The notes beneath the pieces are model-generated. The model was not told the DNA's origin, did not search any database, and saw only the letters and a program-made list of their open reading frames with translations. DNA of 64,000 nucleotides, taken from the human T2T-CHM13v2.0 reference genome, Homo sapiens. The stretch is from the NCBI RefSeq assembly GCF_009914755.1, contig NC_060939.1. One strand, 5' to 3'. A program made the position numbers and the translations under genes. How positions within the stretch are numbered: position 1 is the first letter of the stretch; each line of letters opens with the position of its first letter. This document shows positions 55,701 through 64,000 of the stretch, piece by piece.

Positions 55701-58700
55701 CCAATCCATTCCATTCCATTCCACTCCATTCCACTCCATTCCATACAATTCCACTCCACTCGACTCCACTCCATTCTTTTCCATTCCATTCAACTCAACT
55801 CCAAACAAATCGACTCCCATCGATTCCTCTACATTCCACTCTATTCCACTCCAATCCACTCCACTGCATTCCACTCCACTTCTCTTCACTCCACTCCACT
55901 CCATTCCATTCCATTCCATTCCATTCCATTCCACTCTACTCTGTTCAATTCCATTCCTTTAAATTCCATTTTATCCCATTCCGTTAGATTCCACTGCACT
56001 CCACTCCATTGAATTCCATTCCGCCCTATTCCATTCCACACCATTCCACTCCACTCCACTCTACTTCACGACATCGCATTCAATTCCATTCGATGTCATT
56101 CGATTTCATTCAGTTCCATGCCATTTGATTCCATTCCATTCAATTTCATTCCTTTGAATTCCATTCCGTTAGATTCCTTTGCATTCGAGGCCATTCCATT
56201 CCAGTCTACTGCATTCAGGTCCATTCAGTTTGGGTCCATTACATTCGAGTCCATTCCACTCGCGTCCATTCCATTTCATTCCATTCTACTCCACTCCACT
56301 CCACTCCATTCCACTCCACTCCATTACACTACATTCTGCTGCACTCCATTCCATTCCATTCTATTCCATCCCACTGCAATCCACTCCACTCCACTCCATT
56401 CTATTCTACTCCACTCCACTCCATTTCATTCCACTCCACTCCATTCCATTCCATTACATTCCAATCCAATTCTTTCCATTCCATTCTATTCAATTCCATT
56501 CCTTTCCATTGTGCTCCATCCCACTGCAATCCACTCCACTCCTCTCCACTCCACCCCATTCCATTCTATTCCACTCCATTCCATTTAATTCCAATCCACT
56601 CCATTCCACTCCACTACATTCCATTCCAATTCATTCCATTCCATTCTATTACATTCCATTCCACTCCACTCCTCTCCATTCAATTCCATTTCCATTCATT
56701 CCATTTCATTCCACTGTAATACATTCCATTCCATTCCATTGCATTCCAGTCCACTCCACTCCACTCCGTTCAATTCCATTCCTTCCCATTCAATTCCTTT
56801 CCAATCCATTCCACCTGACTCCACTCCACTCCATTCAATTAAATTCCACCCTATTCCATTCCACTCCATTCCACTCCTCTCCACTTCACCAAATTGTTTT
56901 CAAATCCATTTGATGCTTTTCGAGTCCATTCAATTCGAATCCATTCCATTCGATTCCATTCCATTCAATCCCATTCTATTTGATTCCGTTCCATTCGATT
57001 CCATTGCATTTGATTCCTTTGCATTTGATTCCATTCCATTTCATTCCGTTCCATTGCATTCCATTCCGTTATATTCGACTCCATTCCATTTGAGTCCATT
57101 CCTTTTGAGTCCAATCCATTCCAGCCCATTCCATTGGAATCCAATCCATTCCAGTCCATTCCATTTGATTCAATTCCATTCCAATCCATTTCATTCCACT
57201 CCACTCCACTCGTCTCCCCTCCACTCAACTCCATTCCAATCAAATCCAAATAATTGCACTCAAATACATTGCACTCCATTCCATTCAATTCCTTTCCTTC
57301 CCATTCCATTCCATTCCAATCAACTTCCCTCCACTCCACTCCATTCTATTCCATTCCAGCCCATTCCATTCCACTCCATTCCACTCCACTCCACTTCACA
57401 GCATTCCATTCGATTCCATTCCATTCCAGTCCATTCCATTCAATTCCATTAAATTCGATTCCATTCCATTCGATTTCATTCCTTTCGAATCCTTTCCTTT
57501 CGATTTCATTCCATTCTGTTCCATTCCATTCCATTCCATTTCATTTGATTCCAGTCCATTCGAGTCCATTCCATTCCTTTCCATTCCATTCCATTCCACT
57601 GCATTCCACTCGACTCCACTCCACTCTGCTTTACTCCATTCCTTCCCATTCCTTTCCACTCCATTCTAATCCAATCCACTCCACTCCATTCTATTACAAT
57701 CCATTCCATTCCACTCCAATCCACTCCACTCCATTCTATTCCAATCCACTCCATTCCACTCCATTCCACTCCTCTCCACTCCGATTCACCGCAATCCATT
57801 CCATGCCATTTGATTACATTCCATTCAATTCCGTTCTAATCCATTCAATTACATTCCCTTCCATTCCATTCCATTCGATTCCATTCCATTCTATCCCATT
57901 CCATTCCATTCTATTCCATTCCACTTCAGTTGATTGCATTCCATTCCTTTTGATTCCTTGCCATTCCATTCCATTTGATACTTTTCCATTCTATTCCATT
58001 CCATTCCATTCTATTCCGTTCCACTTCATTCCTTTGCATTCAATTCCTTTCCATTGCATTCCATTCCATTCCATTCCATTGCATTCCATTCCATTCCATT
58101 CCATTCATTGATTCCATTCCGTTGCATTGCCTTCCATTGAATTCCATTCCATTCGAGTCCAGTCCATTCCATTCCAATACATTTCGTTCCATTCCATTCC
58201 ATTCCATTCCATTCCATTCCGTTCCATACCCCTTCACTCCAATTCACTCCCCTTAACGTCACTCCATTCCATTCTATTCCATTCCATTCCACTCAATTCC
58301 ATTCCATTCCATTCCACTCCATTCCATTCCATTCCATTCCAATCCATTCCACTCCATTCCATTCTATTCCATTCTTCTCCACTCAACTCCACAACACTCC
58401 ATTCCTTTACACTCCATTCCATTCTATTCCATTTCTTTCCAATCCACTCCACTCCATTCAATTCCATTCCTTCCCATTACATTCAATTCCACTCCATTCC
58501 TCTCCACTCCTCTCCACTCCATTCAATTGCATTCCAATTCTTTCCATTGCACACCACTCCACTGAACATCACTGCATTCCATTCGAATCCTTTCGATGCC
58601 ATTTGATTCCATTCCATTTTATTTCATTCGATACCATTTGATTCCATTCCTTTCGGTTCCATTCCATTTGATTGTGTTCCATTTGATTCCTTGCATTCAA

Positions 58701-61700
58701 TTCCATTCTATGTCATTCGATTCCTTTCCATTCGAATCCACTCCATTCCATTCGATTCCATTGTACTCCATTCTACTCCATTCGAGTCCATTCCACTCCA
58801 TTCCATTCCTTTCCATTCCATTTGATTCCATTCCTTTCGAGTCCATTGCATTCAATTCCATTCCATTCCATTCGATACTATTCCATTCCATTCCATTCCT
58901 TTCAATTCCATTCGTGTCATTTCCATTCCATTCCATTCCATTGCACTGCATTCCACTTCACTCCACTCCACTCTGTTCAATTCCATTCCTTCCCATTCCA
59001 TTCCACTCTGTTCCAATCCAATCCACTCCACTCCATTCTATTCCATTCCACTCCATTCCATTCCACTCAATTCCACTCCTCTCCATTCCAGTTCACCGCA
59101 ATCCATTTGATACCACTCAGTTCCATTCCATTCGATTCCATTCCATTCCATTCAGTTCCATTCCATTCTGTTCCATTCCTTTCCTTTCCTTTCGATTCCA
59201 TTGCATTCAATTGCATTCCATTTCATTTGATTCCATTCCATTAGATTCCATTCCATTCATTTCCCTTCCATTCCATTCAGTTCCATCCCATTCCGTTCCA
59301 TTCCAATCCATTCCCTTCCATTCCATTGCATTCGATTCCATTCCATTTCATTTGATTCCATTGCATTCGATTCCATTCCATTCCTTTTGATTCCATTGCA
59401 CTCAATTCCATTCCATTTCACTATATTGGAGACCATTCCATTCCATTCCTTTCCACTCTATTTGTTTCCATTCCATTCAATTCCATTCCATTCATTTCGA
59501 TTCCATTCGTTTCCAATCAATTCTATTCAATTCTATTGCATTCTATTCCATTCCATTCGAATCCATTCCCTTCTATTCCATTCCATTCCATTCCACTGCA
59601 TTCCACTACACTCCTATTCACTCTGCTCAATTCCATTCCTTCCCATTCCATTCCATTCCACTCCATTCCTCTCCACTCCTCTCCACTCCGTTAAATTCCA
59701 TTCCTTCTCATTCCACTCTACTCCATTCCACTCCAATCCACTCCGCTCCGTTCAATTCCATTCCACACCATTCCATTCCCGTCCATTCCACTCCTCTCTA
59801 CTCCACTTCACCACATTTTATTCGATGCCATTCGTTTCCATTCCATTCAATTCCATTCCATTCTGTTCCATTCCATTTCAATCCATTCCATTGCTTTTCA
59901 ATTCCTCTCCACTACACTCAACTCCGTTCAATTATATTTCTTCTCTTTCCATTCCACTCCATTCAAAACCAGTGCACTCCACTGCATTCAATTCCATTCC
60001 ACCCCATTGCTTTCAACTCCATTCCACCCCTCTGTTCTCCACTTCACCACATTCCAGTTGATTCCATTCAATTCCTTTCCATTGGATTCCATTCCATTGC
60101 ATTGCATTCCTATTTCATTCTATTCTATTGCATTCCATTCAATTCCATTCCATTTGTGTCCATTCCATTCCATTCCATTCCCTTCCATTGCATTCCATTC
60201 CATTCCCTTCCCTTCCATTCCATTCCATTCCATTCCATTCACCTCCTCTCTACTCCACTCCACTCAACTCCACTCCATTACATTCCGTTCAATTCGATTC
60301 CATTCCATTTGGCTCCATTCCATTCAATGCCATACGTTAGATTGCATTCCATTTGATTCAATTCCATTCGATTCGATTCCATTCAATCCCATTCTATTAG
60401 AGTCCATTCCATTCCACTCCATTCCAATTCCTTCCATTCTTCTCAATTCCACTCCATTCCACTCTACTCCACTCCAATCCATTACAATCCAGTCCATTCC
60501 ACTACACTACACTCCGTTCCACTCCATTTCACTCCACTCCATTCCATTCCACTCCACACCAATCCACTCCACACCACTCCACTCCACTACATTCAACTCC
60601 ACTCCACTCCTCTCCACTACACTCCACTACACTCCTTTCAATTCCATTGGATTCGACTCCTCTCCACTCCAGTCCACCCCATTCCATGACATTCCATTTC
60701 TTTCTAATGCCCTCCACTCCATTACCCTCTGTTTAATTCCATTTCTTCCCATTCCATTCCATTCCATTCCACGCACTCCACACCACTCCATTCCATTCAA
60801 TTCTATTCCATTCCATTCCATTCTATTTCATTCCATTCCACTTCAATCCACTGCAATCCACTCCACTCCAGTCCACTTCACTCCACTCCACTCCTTTCAA
60901 TTCCATTCCTTCCCATTCCATTCCATTTTAATACATTCCACTCCACTGAACTGCACTCCATTTAATTCCATTCCATCCCATTCCATTTCACTCCACTCCT
61001 CTTCACTCCATTCAATTCAATTCCACTCCATTCCTTTCGACTCCATTCCACTCCACTCCACTACACTTCTCCGCATTCCGTTTGATTCTATTCAATGGCG
61101 TTCTATTCCATTCCATTCGAATCCATTCCTTTCTAATCCATTGCATTCCACTCCATTCCATTTGATTCCTTTCTATTTGATTCCATTTCATTAGATTCCA
61201 TTCCATTGGATTCTATTCCATTCGATTCCATTACATTCATGTCCATTCTATTCCAATCCATTCTATTCGAGTTCATTACATTCGAGTCCATTCCATTCCT
61301 ATCCATTCCTTTCCATTCGAGTTTGTTGCGTTCAATTCCATTTCATTCAAATCCATTCCATTCCAGTCCATTCCATTCGAGTACATTCCATTCCATTCCA
61401 TTTCATTCCGCTGCTATCCATTCCATTCTATTCCATTCCATTTGATTCCAGTGCATTCGAGTCCATTCCGTTCCATTCCAATCAATTCGAATCTATTCCT
61501 TTCCAGTCCAGTCCATTCGTTTCTATTGCATTTGATTCCATTCCATTCTATTCTATTCCATTCCATTCCATTTTAATTGATTGCATTCTATTTCATTCCA
61601 TTCCACTCCATTCGATTCTATTCCAATCGATTCCGTTCCATTTGATTCGATTCCTTTCCTTTCTATTCCATTTGTTTCCATTCCATTCGATTCCATTCCA

Positions 61701-64000
61701 TACGATTCCATTACATTCGAGTCCATTCCATTCGAGTTCATTCCATTGCAGTCCATTTCTTTTGATTCGATTCCATCCCATTCCATTCCTTTGCGTTCCA
61801 TTCCCTACCATTCGATGACATTCCATTGGAATCGATTCCATTCCATTCCAGTGTATTCCATTCCATTCCATTCCATTCCTTTTCCTATCCAATCGATTAA
61901 ATTCCATTCTTTTCCATTCCTTTGGATTTCATTCCATTCGAGACCGTTCCATTCCATTCCAGTCCATTCCATTCCAGTCCATTCCATTCCAGTCATTTCC
62001 ATTCCAGTCAATTCCATTTGACTCCTTTCCATTCGAGTCCTTTCTATTCCTGTCCATTCTATTCAAGTGCATTCCATTCGAGTCCATTCCATTCCATTCC
62101 ATTCCATTTCATTCCATTCCATTCCATTCGAGTCCGTTCCATTCGTGTCCATTCCATTCCAGTCCATTCCATTTCAGTCAAATTCATTTGAGTCCATTCC
62201 ATTCCATCCATTCCTTTCCATGCCATTCAATTCTAATCCATTTGATTTCATTCCATTCAATTCCATTTCATTCGATTCGATTCTATTCCTTTCTTTTCCA
62301 TTCCATTCGATTCCATTGCATTTGATTCTATTCCATTCCATTCCATTCCAGTCCAATCCACGCAACTCCACTGTGTTCAATTCCAATCGTTCCCATTCCT
62401 TTCCATTACATTCCATTCCACTCCACTCCACTCAATTCAATTCCATTCCACCCCATTCCATTCCACTCCATTCCGCTCCACTACACTCTACTTCACCACA
62501 TTCCTTTCAATTTCATTCTATGCTATTCGATTCCAGTCCATTGGATTCCATTCCATTTGATTCCATTCCATTCAATTCCATTCCCTTTGAATACATTCCA
62601 TTCTATTCCAGTCCATTTCAGTCAATTCCATTTCAGTCCATTCCTTTCGAGATCATTCCATTCCAGTCCATTCCAATCAATTCCATTCCTTTCGATTACA
62701 TTCCATTCGATACCATTCCATCCCATCCTATTTCATTCTATTCTATTCCGTTCCAATCAATTCCATTCTAATCGAGTCCATTCCATTCCAGTCCATTCCA
62801 TTCAATTCCAATCCATTCCTCTCTTTTCCATTCTTTTCCATTCCATTCCATTGCATTCTATTCCATTCCAGTCCATTCCACTGCACTCCACTCCACTCCT
62901 CTCTGCTCAATTCAATTCCATCCCATTCCATTCCATTCCTCTCCGTTCCACTGCACTCCACTCCACTCCACTCCATTCAATTCCATTTCATCCCATTCCA
63001 TTCCACTCCACTCCACTAAACTTCTCTGCATTCAATTCGATTCCATTCGATGCCATTCGATTCAATTCCATTCAATTCCATTTCAATCTATTCCATTCTA
63101 TTCGTTTCCATTCCATTCAAGTCCAATCTATTCGAGTCCTTCCCATTCCAGTTGATTCCATTCCATTGCATTCCATTTGAGTCCATTCCATTTTTGGCCA
63201 TTCAATTGGAGTCCATTCCAATCCAGTCCATTGCATTGCAGTACATTCCATTCCACTCCACTCCACTCCACTCCACCACATTCCATGCCACTCTACACAA
63301 CTCCGCTGCACTCCACTCCACTCCATTCCATTCCACTCCTCTACACCCCACTCCACTCCATTCCACTCCACTGCAATCCATTCCATTCCATTCCACTGCA
63401 TTCCACTCCTCTCCACTCCACTACTTTCCATTACATTCCATTGCATGCCACTCCACTCCACCCCACTCCGCTCCATTTAATTCAATTATTTCCCATTCCA
63501 TTCCATTCCACTAAACTTCACTCCAATACATTCAATCCCATTCCACCACATTCCATTCCACTCCATTCCACTCCACTCCACTTCACTGCATTCCATTAGG
63601 TTCCATTAGATGCCATTCAATTCCATTGCATTCGATTGTATTCCAATCGATTCCATTCCATTCAATTCCCTACCATTCGAGTTCATTGTATTCATGTCCT
63701 TTCAATTGTAGTCCTTTCCATTCGAGTCCATTCCATTCCACTCCATTCCAATTCCTTCCATTCCTCTCAATTCCACTCCATTCCACTCTACTCCTCTCCA
63801 ATCCATTCCAATCCACTCCACTCCCCTCCACTACACTACCCTCCATTCCACTCCATTTCACTCCACTCCATTCCATTCCACTCCACACCAATCCACTCCA
63901 CACCACTCCACTCCACTCCACTACATTCAACTCCACTCCAATCCTCTCCACTACACTCCACTACAATCTTTTCAATTCCATTGGATTCCACTCCAGTCCA
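52740..64000 (+). repeat. CACTC-rich degenerate satellite layer
   Basis: Runs of (CACTC)n and CTCTC start abruptly near 52750 and alternate with CATTC/TCGA blocks. The intact GAATAAATTCC-GAGACC cassette is not seen after 52400. Confidence 0.82.
60400..64000 (+). repeat. Related ~280 bp blocks ~3.33 kb apart (60400-60680 and 63723-64000)
   Basis: ATTCCAATTCCTTCCATTC at 60421/63745 and CTCCACACCAATCCACTCCACACCACTCC at 60552/63881; TTTCAATTCCATTGGATTC is present in both. Confidence 0.8.

Larger units (their letters stand above)
1..64000 (+). repeat. HSat3 / satellite III-type (CATTC)n pentameric satellite array (primate, probably human, pericentromeric or acrocentric heterochromatin)
   Basis: CATTC pentamers run continuously from end to end, with long perfect runs (e.g. 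4031-4080) and variant pentamers (GATTC, GAGTC, TATTC, CACTC). The + strand is very G-poor. The dominant pattern is simple (CATTC)n rather than the CATTCGATTC/GATGAT-rich pattern of HSat2. Confidence 0.95.

Noticed and set aside
166-63951. Hundreds of ORFs, up to 455 aa (e.g. 53966-55333, 60007-61194, 36204-37328)
   Set aside because: They are translations of the pentamer (IPFHS or MEWNG repeats), which has no stop codon in any frame. They overlap in all frames, show no domains, many rely on TTG/GTG starts, and homologous copies are frameshifted relative to each other.
1-64000. Canonical HSF1 heat-shock elements (satellite III is linked to nuclear stress bodies)
   Set aside because: GAA occurs as direct repeats on the - strand, and TTCGAA has zero spacing. 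I did not see triple inverted nGAAn arrays by eye, so no discrete site can be called.
1-64000. Strand inversion, or Alu/L1/alpha-satellite insertion
   Set aside because: No GGAAT-oriented block and no non-pentameric segment of meaningful length was seen on reading through the window.

Overview
The whole 64 kb window is pentameric (CATTC)n/(GGAAT)n satellite DNA of the human satellite 3 (HSat3, classical satellite III) type. It keeps one orientation throughout, with the C/T-rich strand on +. I found no credible gene, RNA gene, transposon or CRISPR array; every listed ORF is just the pentamer translated (IPFHS on +, MEWNG on -). The structure is layered, as expected at the edge of a satellite array. 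(1) Positions 1-~29,440 are a homogenised ~4.8 kb higher-order repeat (HOR) with units starting at 1, 4809, 9607, 20265 and 25059. Each unit is five ~1 kb ancestral monomers, and unit 3 carries a ~1.8-2.0 kb segment four times, joined at a 23-bp microhomology. (2) Positions ~29,440-52,700 are diverged HSat3 without the HOR; they keep the ~1 kb monomer landmark and fossil local duplications. (3) Positions ~52,740-64,000 are a CACTC-rich, more degenerate layer with different recurring motifs. I see no evidence of a new protein-coding system; the interesting signal is the record of satellite evolution. All comparisons were made by eye, so coordinates may be off by a few bases.
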